Positions 10,791 to 20,629 of a stretch of 64,000 bases of DNA are shown in pieces; within the stretch, counting starts at the first letter, position 1; the number at the start of each line of letters is the position of its first letter. The notes below the pieces were generated by a model that had not been told where the DNA came from, made no database searches, and saw only the letters and a list, made by a program, of their open reading frames with translations. The stretch is taken from the NCBI GenBank assembly GCA_000092065.1, contig CP000589.1; one strand, 5' to 3'. The position numbers and the translations under genes were made by a program. Origin of the DNA: Ostreococcus lucimarinus. Lineage: Eukaryota.

Positions 10791-10877
10791 TCGTGCGCCG
10801 TGAAGGCGACGGCGCGATCGCAAAGGGTGCGAACGATCGATCGACGCGACGCCGACGCGCGCGAACGCGTTCGAACG
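10791..10877. repeat. 87-bp perfect direct repeat, copy B
   Basis: Identical to 9782-9868. Confidence 0.85.
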
Positions 10878-11156
10878 GCGCCCGAGGACGACGACGGGGC
10901 GGTGTCCCCATCGGCGCCCCATCGGCGCCATCGGCGCGCCATCGAACGCGACGGATCGGGATGCGCGCGACGATGGGGACCGCGAGGCGTCGATGGCGAC
11001 GATGGCGTCGACACCGACGGTCGCGAGGGATCACGCGCGCGCCGACGAGGGGAGACGTCGCGTCGACCTCGACGGCGCGCGACGGCGCGATCGGGGCGTG
11101 TTATCCAAAGCGACGCGCGAGACTGACGACGCGGTTTTCTGGAATTCTTCGCGCAG

Positions 11157-11963
11157 GTGCACGCCGCAGCGCAGCGACGAAGCGTCGTCGTGAATGCGGG
11201 CACGGGTAAATTTATCGTCGGCGGGAACTGGAAGTGCAACGGCACGGCGGAGTCCGTCAAGTCGCTCGTGAAGGAACTAAACTCTGGGAAAATCGACGCC
11301 GACGTTGACGTCTACGTCGCGCCTCCGTTCGTCTTCATTCCTCGAGTGCAAAAGGAGCTCAACAACAAAAACTACGCCGTCGCCGCGCAGAACTGTTGGG
11401 TCTCCGCGGGTGGGGCGTTCACGGGTGAGGTGAGCGCGGATATGCTCGCCGACGCCGACATTCCGTGGGTGATTCTCGGGCACAGCGAACGCCGCGCGCT
11501 CTGCGGCGAGACGAACGAGTTCGTCGGGGAGAAGACCAAATATGCCTTGAGCAAGGGATTGAAGGTTGCTTTGTGCATCGGTGAGACGTTGGAACAGCGC
11601 GAAGCGGGCACGACTCTGGATATTTGCCGCGCGCAACTCAAGGCGGTGAACGACGTCGTGACCGCGGCGGACTGGGAAAACATCGTCATCGCGTACGAGC
11701 CCGTTTGGGCGATCGGTACCGGCAAGGTCGCGACGCCGGACCAAGCGCAAGAAGTGCACGCGGGCATTCGCAAGTGGTGCGCGGATAATATTTCTCCGGC
11801 GATTGCGTCGAAGATTCGCATTCAGTACGGCGGCAGCGTCAACGCCGGCAACTGCGACGAATTAGCTCAGAAAGAGGACATTGACGGCTTTCTCGTCGGC
11901 GGCGCGTCTTTGATCGGCGAGGCTTTCGTGACGATTTGCAACAGCGCCAAGCACTCTAAGTGA
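11157..11963 (+). CDS. TPI: Triosephosphate isomerase
   Basis: [27 protein letters not shown] and IQYGGSV signatures; 268 aa. Confidence 0.9.
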   Translation: MHAAAQRRSVVVNAGTGKFIVGGNWKCNGTAESVKSLVKELNSGKIDADVDVYVAPPFVFIPRVQKELNNKNYAVAAQNCWVSAGGAFTGEVSADMLADADIPWVILGHSERRALCGETNEFVGEKTKYALSKGLKVALCIGETLEQREAGTTLDICRAQLKAVNDVVTAADWENIVIAYEPVWAIGTGKVATPDQAQEVHAGIRKWCADNISPAIASKIRIQYGGSVNAGNCDELAQKEDIDGFLVGGASLIGEAFVTICNSAKHSK

Positions 11964-12171
11964 GCGAAGCGAACGAAGAGTGCGTGAACCTATCCAATCC
12001 TATTCGAATTGTCGCCGCGTGCGGCGCGCGCGCGCACCCCTGAATTAGTAGACTCAATATATATTTCTCGAACGCGAGCGTTCGCGGAGACGAGGCAAAA
12101 GTGTAATGTTAACCGTTTACGTTGCGTTCTATTCAAATCAATCTATTCAAATCAACCCACTGCGTGGACCA

Positions 12172-13140
12172 TCATCTATAATACGCCATGTGCCTCGTTT
12201 GGAAGTGACTCGCGGCGTCGATTTTCTTCGCCGTCGGGGCGGCGAGTTCCGCCGCCTCTCGCGCGCGGCGCTCGTCGCGATCGATGCGAAGCCACTTTTC
12301 AATGGTCGACAATAAATGTTTCGTGCCTTGAATTTCCGGAATGTCCACCTTGGCGCCGCCATACTTCAACTGCCCGTTGGACGTGAACGCGAGGTGCGTC
12401 ATCCAATCCGCCATGCCATCGAAGATGTGCGTGGCGTACACGATGGTGGCCCCGCGCACCTCGCACTCTTCCTTGAAAAACTCCAACAAGTCAAGCCGAC
12501 CGAGGATGTCCAAATCCACCGTGATTTCGTCGCACAGCAACACCTTGTACGGCTTCAAGAGTCCGAGACAAATCTGAACTCGACGTCGTTGTCCGTCGCT
12601 CAACGCCTTCATGGACCAGTCCAAATCCACATCCAGCAGCTTCACCAATCGTTCTCGCCTCGCCGGGTCCACGTCTGCGACGCCCTCGATCATTTTCCTC
12701 GCCGAAATGTCTCCTTGCAGGGGCACGTCCGCGCCCGCGCTTCCGATGTTGCGCCGCCACTGCGCGCCCAGGTAAGAAAGCTCGCCCCCGCACGTGAGCG
12801 CGATGTCGTGAAACGGCGGTCGTCCCAGCACGCGCACGACGTCTTCGTTCACCATGGTTTTACCCGCGATGACGTGCAGCGCCGTCGTCTTCCCCGCCCC
12901 GTTCGCGCCGGAAAGCAAGCACCTCGACCCCGGCGGCAGGCGCAGGCTCCAATCGCGCAGCACCGCGTCGCATCCCGGGTACGCGTACGTCAGCGCGTCG
13001 ACGGCGACGGCGCACGACGGTTCGGGGGCATCGTCCAGGACGACGTCCACGACGCCGTGCATCGCGACCGTCTCGCGTCGCGGCGTCGCGGCGCCGTGTG
13101 CGGTGACGTCACGCGACGCACACTTTTTCATCGTGCGCAT
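12172..13140 (-). CDS. ABC-type ATPase without a transmembrane domain, CAF16/ABCI-like
   Basis: Walker A LSGANGAGKTT, ABC signature LSDGQRRRVQI, Walker B LLCDEITVDLD. Confidence 0.75.
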   Translation of the reverse strand: MRTMKKCASRDVTAHGAATPRRETVAMHGVVDVVLDDAPEPSCAVAVDALTYAYPGCDAVLRDWSLRLPPGSRCLLSGANGAGKTTALHVIAGKTMVNEDVVRVLGRPPFHDIALTCGGELSYLGAQWRRNIGSAGADVPLQGDISARKMIEGVADVDPARRERLVKLLDVDLDWSMKALSDGQRRRVQICLGLLKPYKVLLCDEITVDLDILGRLDLLEFFKEECEVRGATIVYATHIFDGMADWMTHLAFTSNGQLKYGGAKVDIPEIQGTKHLLSTIEKWLRIDRDERRAREAAELAAPTAKKIDAASHFQTRHMAYYR

Positions 13141-13232
13141 CGTGGTCCGTGTGGCGCGCGTGAGACTTTTGGATCACGATGCGCCGCTCGACGACGGATG
13201 CCGACGGCACGCGACGACGCGCGACGGCCGGG

Positions 13233-13817
13233 ATGGCGACGCGCGCGATGTCGGCGCGCGCGCAAACGGTGGTGCGATGCGACGGCGCGCGAACGAGCGG
13301 ACGTCGATCGCGGAGGGCGACGACGACGACCGCGAGAGGAGAACGATCGAGCGGCGCGGCGACGCCGACGGCGACGCGGATGACGACGCGAACGCGGGCG
13401 GTGGAGCCGGAGGCTCTGTTCGAGATCGCGAAAGTTGACGATAGCGTGTACGGTCCGGTGGTGTGCGTCGCGGCCGCGTTGTGGGTGGGATGGGTGTTTT
13501 ACAACGGCTCGCGCGAGGTGAAGGCGATTTCCGAAGAGCTCGAAGCCAAAGGCTACGACGTCGGCTCGATTCAGCGCCTGAAGGAACTGAAATTCTTGAA
13601 GCGATTCGTCGACGGTGGCGATAAAGCCGAGATTCAAGAGGCGTTCGATAAGATTTGGTTCTCGCGCGCGAAAACCATCGCGGCGACTGGCGACATAATG
13701 CAAGTGAGGCGCATGACTGAGTACTGGCGCAAGCGCGGCGTCAAGGTCGAGCGGCTTTCGGATTTGGACGTCTTGCAGGACTGGATGGTGAAAAAGTACA
13801 ACAAACAACAAAAGTAG
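13233..13817 (+). CDS. Hypothetical small membrane protein with organellar-type presequence
   Basis: Ser/Arg/Thr-rich N-terminus, one hydrophobic segment (PVVCVAAALWVGWVF), conserved-looking C-terminus. Start chosen at the Met whose codon begins at 13233. Confidence 0.4.
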   Translation: MATRAMSARAQTVVRCDGARTSGRRSRRATTTTARGERSSGAATPTATRMTTRTRAVEPEALFEIAKVDDSVYGPVVCVAAALWVGWVFYNGSREVKAISEELEAKGYDVGSIQRLKELKFLKRFVDGGDKAEIQEAFDKIWFSRAKTIAATGDIMQVRRMTEYWRKRGVKVERLSDLDVLQDWMVKKYNKQQK

Positions 13818-14023
13818 TCAGTTTATTTAATATTCATCGCGCGCGCGCACGATTTCGCGCGCGCTCGGCGTCGCGTTCGATCGCCCGAAACCGTCCGCGC
13901 CCACCCGCGCACGATTTCGCGAGATTTCCGCGTGGCGGTCGTTCCCCTTGAAAATCGAGTGTGAACACTGACTCGCGCGCCGCACACCGCGACGCGCGCA
14001 CCGCCCCGAACGACCGCGCGCGG

Positions 14024-14726
14024 AAGATGCTCGGATTGGGTCTCAAGATCGCCGGATTCGGCGTCGGGTACTGCTACCCGACGTACAGCGCGTTAAAGTT
14101 GCTCGACAGAAAAGTCATCGGCCCGGAAGATGTCACGCTCTGGTTGACGTACTTCATGATCGCGTTCACGCTCGCGATCGGCGAGGCGATCGGCGTCGTG
14201 GGATGGTGCGCGTGACGGCGATCGCGTGCGATGCGCCGTGCGAGCGCGCGCGGACGCGTCTTCCGCGCGCGCGACGCGACGACGGGGAAAGATCATAATC
14301 GCCGGCTCGACCGCGCGCAAGATCTCGCCAGGCGCGCCGAGGCGAGCGAATGGGGGGACGACGGATGACTGACGCACGGTGTGACGTTTCGCGCTTTCTA
14401 CGACCAGGATTCCGGCGTACCGCATCATGAAGGTTTTATTCTGCGCGTGGATGGTGAATCCGCGCTTCAAGGGTGCCATCACGCTGTACAAGAAGGGCAT
14501 TCAGCCGATTTTTCACCAGCTGTCGCCGTCCATCGACAAGCACGCCGAAAACTTGAAGAAGGGTGATTTTGCGGCGATTCAACAAGAGTTGGGCCCGCAA
14601 TTCGCCAAGGTTCAAGAACTCGTGAAGAAGCACGGTCCGGAGGCGATTGAGCGCGCGATGAACTTGGCTGGCAAGGGTGACAAGAAGAACGCCGCGACGG
14701 CAGCCAACGGGACGAAGGCTGAATAA
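14024..14726 (+). CDS. HVA22/TB2/DP1 (REEP/Yop1) family protein, two exons with a probable intron at about 14196-14407
   Basis: Exon 1 has YCYPTYSALKLL..DVTLWLTYFMIAF. Exon 2 has IPAYRIMKVLFCAWMVNPRFKGAITLY in another frame. Together they match the HVA22 core (YP.Y.S..A.....WLTYW..Y and P.Y...K.....WL..P). The in-frame TGA at 14213 and the frame change imply splicing; donor and acceptor positions are not resolved. Confidence 0.6.
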
Positions 14727-14841
14727 ACGACGAAATGACCAGGCAGTGTTAGGAACAAACCTTTTAATCAACGACGATGTACTACGTGAAAATGAACAAA
14801 AACACGGATTCATAGATATTAGATAATACGTTCTTTCAAAA

Positions 14842-16179
14842 TCATCGCGGTGACGGCGAGGAGACGCGTCCTTTCTTCCCCGCCCGGACTTCGCTCGAGA
14901 GGATTTCATCCAGACGCTCGATGTCTCGGGCGCTGCCGCAGTGGAAGGGCATTCGCGAGTGCGCGGTGGACGGAACGAAACTCAACACGCTATCGTTGGC
15001 GCCAGATATAGCCAGACCACCCGCGCGCTCTATTATGGCAGCCATGGGAAAGCATTCGTACACGGCGCGAAGCTTTCCTTGAGCGTTTGACGAACACGCC
15101 GGGTAATGAAACGTGCCGCCGTAGAGCAACGTGCGGTGCACGTCTGCGACCATGGAACCGATGTAGCGAAGAGATTTTGAGCTCGCGCACTCATCAATGT
15201 ACGCTCGCGTGGCGTCGTCCCACTTTTTATAGTTCGCCTGGTTCACGCTGTACACGTTGCCGCTCTCGGGAATCCGAATATCGCGCTTCGTCAGCACGAA
15301 CGCGTCGCGATCGGCGTCGTACGTAAACGCGCACACGCCGCCGTGAGCGTCCTCCGACATGAAGCTCAAAACGAGCACCATCGACGCGCCGTACAAAACG
15401 TAACCGACGGTAGACATGTCTCGTCCGGGACGCGCGTACACGTGCTCCGGCGATGATTCCGCGCCGACGTCGACGAGCCCGAAAATCGTCCCGACGCCGA
15501 CGCCGCACTCGATGTTCGAGCTTCCATCCAAAGGATCGAAAACGACGGCGATTCGTCCGTCGACGTTCGCGGTGACGATATCTTCGCTCTCCTCGCTCGC
15601 GATCCACGCGCATCGCCCTCCCTGTATTAATTCTTTCACGCACACTTCGTGCGCGGCGTCGTCCAGCGCCGCTTGCTCTTCGCCGTGCACGTTGACGGCG
15701 CCGTTCTTCCCCTCGACGAACGCCTTGACGTCCTTCAACCCAGCGCGCCGCACGAATCCTCCTATGCGCACGCACGCCTTCGCCATGGATCGCACCACGC
15801 TCGCCTCATCCTCTGCGATCGCGCTCGACGCCGCGCCTTCGCTCGACGCCGCCCTCGCGGCGAGCGCGGCGTCCAAGTATCGCTCCAGCGTCGTCTCCCC
15901 GATTTCCAACGCTCCCCGCGTCATCTCGACCGACATCGAGCGTCGACCGATCGCGCGCGCGGGTTCGGTGTCACCGATGCGCGCGCCGCGCGCGCCCTTA
16001 TCGTCGTCGTCGTCGTCGCGTCGACCGCTCGACACGAATCGCTCGCCGTGCCCAGCGCTTCGCGCGCGCGAATGCGCGACGCGCGCGCGCGCGTCCGGAG
16101 CGCCTCGTCGCCGCGAGCGCGCGGTGCGGTGGTGAAGGTGAAGGTGAATGCGCGTGCGGTGTGCGTGCGATAACGTCAA
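14842..16179 (-). CDS. FBP: Fructose-1,6-bisphosphatase class I family (FBPase/SBPase-type), probably plastidial
   Basis: [20 protein letters not shown] metal-binding motif and [21 protein letters not shown] active-site signature. Low-complexity N-terminus; true start uncertain. Confidence 0.7.
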   Translation of the reverse strand: MTLSHAHRTRIHLHLHHRTARSRRRGAPDARARVAHSRARSAGHGERFVSSGRRDDDDDDKGARGARIGDTEPARAIGRRSMSVEMTRGALEIGETTLERYLDAALAARAASSEGAASSAIAEDEASVVRSMAKACVRIGGFVRRAGLKDVKAFVEGKNGAVNVHGEEQAALDDAAHEVCVKELIQGGRCAWIASEESEDIVTANVDGRIAVVFDPLDGSSNIECGVGVGTIFGLVDVGAESSPEHVYARPGRDMSTVGYVLYGASMVLVLSFMSEDAHGGVCAFTYDADRDAFVLTKRDIRIPESGNVYSVNQANYKKWDDATRAYIDECASSKSLRYIGSMVADVHRTLLYGGTFHYPACSSNAQGKLRAVYECFPMAAIIERAGGLAISGANDSVLSFVPSTAHSRMPFHCGSARDIERLDEILSSEVRAGKKGRVSSPSPR

Positions 16180-16351
16180 TCGGGCGTGCGTCGCCGTCGT
16201 GTCGGTGTCCTCGGAGTGCGGTCGTCGTCCGTCGCAAGATTAAGATTGATTTCCAGGTGTTGGCCGCGCGCGTCGAAAATCGGATTTCCCCGACCGCGCG
16301 GTCGGCGATCGACGTCGACGCGACGTCACTTTCGAGACGACGACGACGACG

Positions 16352-17220
16352 ATGGCGAGCGCGATGACGAGCACCTCTGCGTTCACCCCGACCACGGCGG
16401 GGCTGAAGGCGCGGCGCGCGAACAAAAACTTCTCGCGATCGACCGTTCGCGTGGTGCGCGCGAGGCGAGGCGAAGCGACGACGGACGACGACGGCGCGAA
16501 CGACGATGCGATCGGGGAAGGATAAAGAAGCCCGCGCGAACGGTCGAGCCGGCCGAGGATCGCGGAGGGAGGCCGCGAGGACACGGGCGAAGACTGACGA
16601 TCACCGTTACCACGATTTCCGACTCGCAGCAAGCGCGCAAGCCGTTGGTCGGGTACGAAGCGCCGGACTTCAGCGCCGAAGCCGTCTTCGACCAAGAGTT
16701 CCAAGACATCAAGCTCAGCGATTACCGAGGCAAGTACGTGGTGTTGTTCTTCTACCCGCTCGATTTCACCTTTGTGTGCCCGACGGAAATCACCGCGTTC
16801 TCTGATCGTTACGAAGAGTTCGCCAAGCTCAACACCGAAGTTCTCGGCTGCAGCGTCGACTCCAAGTTTTCCCACTTGGCGTGGTTGCAAACGGACCGCA
16901 ACGACGGCGGTCTCGGCGACTTGGCGTACCCGCTCGTGAGCGACCTTAAGCGCGAAATCACCGAGGCTTACGACGTCCTTTACGAAGACGGCACCGCGCT
17001 CCGTGGTTTGTACATCATCGATCGCGAAGGCGTCATTCAGCACAGCACCGTCAACAACGCTCCGTTTGGCCGCTCCGTCGACGAAACGCTGCGCGTGCTT
17101 CAAGCCATCCAGCACGTGCAAAACAACCCGGATGAAGTCTGCCCGGCGGGCTGGACCCCGGGTGCGGCGACGATGAAGCCGGATCCGAAGGGTTCCAAGG
17201 AATACTTCAAGGCCATCTAA
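16352..17220 (+). CDS. Chloroplast 2-Cys peroxiredoxin (BAS1-type). Transit-peptide exon plus mature-protein exon, joined by a short intron or a 1-nt frame error around 16445-16629.
   Basis: Mature part has [15 protein letters not shown] (peroxidatic Cys) and resolving-Cys VCPAGW. A typical transit peptide [27 protein letters not shown] sits in a different frame and ends at a stop at 16523. Confidence 0.85.
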
Positions 17221-17354
17221 GCTAAGCCAAGCGATACCACGAAGCACAGCGCGCTCGAGCTATTTTTTAACGGAGACGACAATAATCCGTGCATCGACAC
17301 ACCTCGGCCACCGTTACGTAAGATTACAACATAATCATCTAAGAAGTACGGCGC

Positions 17355-18398
17355 TCATCGTCCTCCCGCCGCGTCTCGCGCCCGCTTATCTTCGATTCTC
17401 TCCCGGAAATCTTCCACCATGAGCTTGAGCCCGTCCTCGAGCTTCACCTTCGGTTCCCAACCGCCTAATTTTTCCTTCGCGAGCGAAATGTCTGGCTTGC
17501 GCCGACTCGGATCGTCCGAGGTGTTCTCGCAGAACACGATTTCCGCGTTCGGGTTCACGACTTCGCGCACCTTCTCCGCGAGTTCGAGCATCGTGAATTC
17601 ACCGGGGTTACCGAGATTCACCGGACCGACGAAGCCCGAGTCGTTGTCCATCAACGCGATGAGTCCGGCGACTAGGTCAGAGACGTATTGAAACGAGCGC
17701 GTCTGCGTGCCATCACCGTAGATTGTCATAGGTTTGCCCTCCAGCGCTTGCGCGACGAAGTTGGACACCACGCGCCCGTCATCCATCGCCATGCGCGGTC
17801 CGTACGTGTTGAAAATTCTCGCCACTCGAATTTCCAAACCGTGCTCGCGATGGTAATCGAACGCCAACGTTTCAGCGCACCGTTTGCCCTCATCGTAACA
17901 CGCGCGTTCGCCGATCGGATTGACGTTGCCCCAGTACGATTCCGTCTGCGGGTGCTCGAGCGGATCGCCGTACACCTCAGACGTGCTCGTGAGCAAGAAT
18001 TTCGCCTTGCACCGCTTCGCGAGCCCGAGCGCGTTCATAGTCCCCAAGACGTTGGTTTTGATCGTCTTCACCGGATTGAATTTGTAATGAATCGGCGACG
18101 CCGGGCACGCCAAGTGATACACTTCGTCGATCTCCACCAAGAACGGCGTCACGATGTCGTGTCGGATGATTTCAAACTTTGGATTCCCCTTCAAGTGCTC
18201 CAAGTTGCGCTGCGAGCCGGTGAAAAAGTTGTCCATGACGATGACTTCGTCGCCGCGTTTCAACAGCGCGTCGACGAGGTGCGACCCGACGAAGCCGGCA
18301 CCACCGGTGACGAGCACGCGGCGGGGTTCACCGCAACGCGGGCGCGCCTTGGGCACGGTCGGAGGTGGCGAAGGCATCGAACGCAGACGAGCGCGCAA
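17355..18398 (-). CDS. UXS: UDP-glucuronate decarboxylase (UDP-xylose synthase)
   Basis: [13 protein letters not shown] Rossmann motif, YDEGKR catalytic motif, strong overall UXS-like sequence. Confidence 0.9.
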   Translation of the reverse strand: MRARLRSMPSPPPTVPKARPRCGEPRRVLVTGGAGFVGSHLVDALLKRGDEVIVMDNFFTGSQRNLEHLKGNPKFEIIRHDIVTPFLVEIDEVYHLACPASPIHYKFNPVKTIKTNVLGTMNALGLAKRCKAKFLLTSTSEVYGDPLEHPQTESYWGNVNPIGERACYDEGKRCAETLAFDYHREHGLEIRVARIFNTYGPRMAMDDGRVVSNFVAQALEGKPMTIYGDGTQTRSFQYVSDLVAGLIALMDNDSGFVGPVNLGNPGEFTMLELAEKVREVVNPNAEIVFCENTSDDPSRRKPDISLAKEKLGGWEPKVKLEDGLKLMVEDFRERIEDKRARDAAGGR

Positions 18399-18526
18399 TG
18401 CGGGTGTTCCGCGCGGCGAGACGCGCGCGCCGAAAGTCGCGCGCCTGTAACAATGCGAACGCGAGAAAACGCGCGAGACCCGGCGCTGATGGTTCGTAAC
18501 CCGTCAAGAGTCCCTCGGGAATCGGA

Positions 18527-18652
18527 GACGGTATCGTATAGTGGTTAGTACCTTGCGTTGTGGAAACACATGGAATTCTGGCGCGTTAAATACGCGCACA
18601 AGTACACCTCAACAATACCGCAAAAACCGCGGCTCGAATCCGCGTACCGTCA
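18527..18652 (+). tRNA. tRNA-His (anticodon GUG) with a 54-nt intron at the canonical 37/38 position (about 18564-18617)
   Basis: Hand-folded. Acceptor GACGGTA/TACCGTC. D-arm GTAT-AGTGGTTA-GTAC. Anticodon stem TTGCG pairs with CGCAA, which lies 54 nt downstream. Loop TTGTGG gives anticodon GTG. T-arm CGCGG-CTCGAAT-CCGCG. Discriminator A. Confidence 0.65.
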
Positions 18653-18810
18653 TACTTTTGCCCGACGTTGGTCTCGCTCGCGTCGTCGGACTTCGCGCTC
18701 GCGGCGCGCGGTCGCCACTGCAAACTAAGATGCGCTAGAATTACACTTTTACCTACGACGCGCCTGCGACGTCGCGAACGCTAGTCGCCCGCGACGTCTG
18801 TAGCCTCCGG

Positions 18811-19545
18811 TCACGAGCGAGCCTCTTCCTCCTCCTCCTCGTCGCTCGACTGCCCCGTGGCCTTGAGATACTCCGCCAACGCCTCGTCGCTCGCGCCCGA
18901 AACCCCGGCGAGGTTGCGCGGCCCCGTGCACATCTCCCAAAGCTCGCCGACGTCGAGCGCCGTGCACCACGCCGTCGGATACGTGGGAAACGACGTCTCC
19001 GTGTCCCCGCGCCCGGTGCGTTTCACCCCCGCGCGGCCGTTTCGCACGCACACGACGTATCCGTGCACCGCCCGCGTGATGAATCGACGCTTCGTCGCCG
19101 TCGAATCCGTCGTCGACGTCGACGTCGTCGCGCCGGCGTCCGACGCCGCGCCGGCGTCCGACGCGAACTTTTTCGATCGCGCCGGCAGCGGTGCCCCCAC
19201 GCGCACGTCCACGCGCACGCGATCGCCGACTAGGATGCCTCTCTTCGCTAACTCTGCCGCCACGCGCTTCGCCTTCTCCGCCGCGCTCTCTCGAGGACGA
19301 CCCGACTTTTCCTCACTCATGACGCCCGAGCCGTACGCGTCATCCATCGCCATCATCGCCTCGAACGCGTCGTCGGATTCCGGCGTCGCGTCCTCGCGCG
19401 CGTCCTCGCCGTCGGACGAGCGTCTTCGCCATCGCGGCGACGACGACGCGGCGTACGACGCGCTGGAGCGCTCGACGACGCCCCGGAATTCGCGCGCGAC
19501 GCGAGACGCGCGCATCGAAGTGCCGTCGCGGCGTCGCGGCGCCAT
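18811..19545 (-). CDS. Hypothetical protein with acidic C-terminal tail
   Basis: ORF with host-like codon usage; no family recognised. Start is 30 bp from a divergent ORF. Confidence 0.3.
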   Translation of the reverse strand: MAPRRRDGTSMRASRVAREFRGVVERSSASYAASSSPRWRRRSSDGEDAREDATPESDDAFEAMMAMDDAYGSGVMSEEKSGRPRESAAEKAKRVAAELAKRGILVGDRVRVDVRVGAPLPARSKKFASDAGAASDAGATTSTSTTDSTATKRRFITRAVHGYVVCVRNGRAGVKRTGRGDTETSFPTYPTAWCTALDVGELWEMCTGPRNLAGVSGASDEALAEYLKATGQSSDEEEEEEARS

Positions 19546-19574
19546 CGCGGCGCGCGCGGCGCGCGATCGCCGAC

Positions 19575-19690
19575 ATGGCCAAGGGGAAGCGAAGGAAAGA
19601 GCGCATTCGCGCGATGAAGCTCGCGGCGCGCGGCGCGGACGTGCGCATGGACGGCGACGCGGGGACGACGGCGCGCGGCGGCGGCGGTGG

Positions 19691-19734
<44 letters not shown>

Positions 19735-19952
19735 GCGTCGCGACGACGACGACGACGGCGGACGACGCGACGACGACGGCGCGCTCGGCGCCCGTCGGGC
19801 GGAAACGCGCGCCGACGGTGCGCAGGGCGATCGCGAAGCGCAAGAGAGCCGCCCTGGACAAGGCGCTGTCGCACGTCGAGCGACGAGGCGTCAAGGCGGA
19901 TAGGAAGAAACTCAAGCGCGGGCATCGCGTCGCGGCGAGGGACGTGTACTGA
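19575..19952 (+). CDS. Small basic Lys/Arg-rich protein containing a poly-Thr tract encoded by an (ACG)n microsatellite at 19687-19760
   Basis: MAKGKRRKERIRAMK.. N-terminus and basic C-terminus suggest a nucleolar or ribosome-biogenesis-type protein. Speculative. Confidence 0.3.
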
Positions 19953-20082
19953 AGCAGAAATTCGCGGTCTCGCTCGCGCGCGCGCGCGCGCTCGAGGGAG
20001 CGATTGTACGTTAGACGATTTGTAAGACGACGCCGCTCGCGCGGCTCGACGCTCGCCGCGCCGCCTCGCACCACAACCCTAC

Positions 20083-20562
20083 TTGAAGATCCGCAGTCTC
20101 GGACTCGCGCGCGACTCGATGTCCGCCGCGCTGTGCATAGGAAGAAAGTCCGCGGAAGACGTCGAGGACGCCGGGGAACTGCGACTCGGTCCCGATTTCG
20201 ACGACGCCAACTGCTTGTCGCTCGCCGAGGTGAAGATCGTGTGCGAGTCGAAAGTCGCCGACGACGCCGAACAAGCGGAGGAGACGTCGACGACGCGCAC
20301 GCGGGTGTTCGAGAAGACGTTAGCGTACGCGAAGCGGTTCAGCGGGAACACGAGCAGCACGGCGGCGGCGGCTATTCGGGAATTACACAACAATTCAGGG
20401 TTGCACGACTTTGAAGGCGCGGCGATCTCAAACTTGAAGCCGCAGGATTGGGACGAGGCGAAGACTTTAGTGCCGAGCTTGGAGCAGGAAGATCGCGGGT
20501 TGACCGAGGAAGGGATTCAAGCGATGTTAGACGAGATGTCGAACGTGCGGAAGTTCGAATGA
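20083..20562 (+). CDS. RPB4: RNA polymerase II subunit RPB4
   Basis: 159 aa. LSLAEVKIVCE..FEKTLAYAKRFS..ELHNNSGLHDFEGAAISNLKPQDWDEAKTLVPSL matches the Rpb4 family pattern. Confidence 0.7.
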   Translation: MKIRSLGLARDSMSAALCIGRKSAEDVEDAGELRLGPDFDDANCLSLAEVKIVCESKVADDAEQAEETSTTRTRVFEKTLAYAKRFSGNTSSTAAAAIRELHNNSGLHDFEGAAISNLKPQDWDEAKTLVPSLEQEDRGLTEEGIQAMLDEMSNVRKFE

Positions 20563-20629
20563 AGTGGCCGTCCTCGCTTTGCTGTAAAACAATTAAATCG
20601 ACTACGCACGAAAGCAGCGACTCGCCGCG

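Noticed and set aside
12316-13383. 355-aa + strand ORF antisense to the ABC ATPase
   Set aside because: No motifs, Arg-rich. An artefact of GC richness, and the opposite strand has a clear Walker A/B protein.
16240-17247. 335-aa minus-strand ORF over the 2-Cys peroxiredoxin locus
   Set aside because: Antisense of a strongly conserved gene; no recognisable domain.
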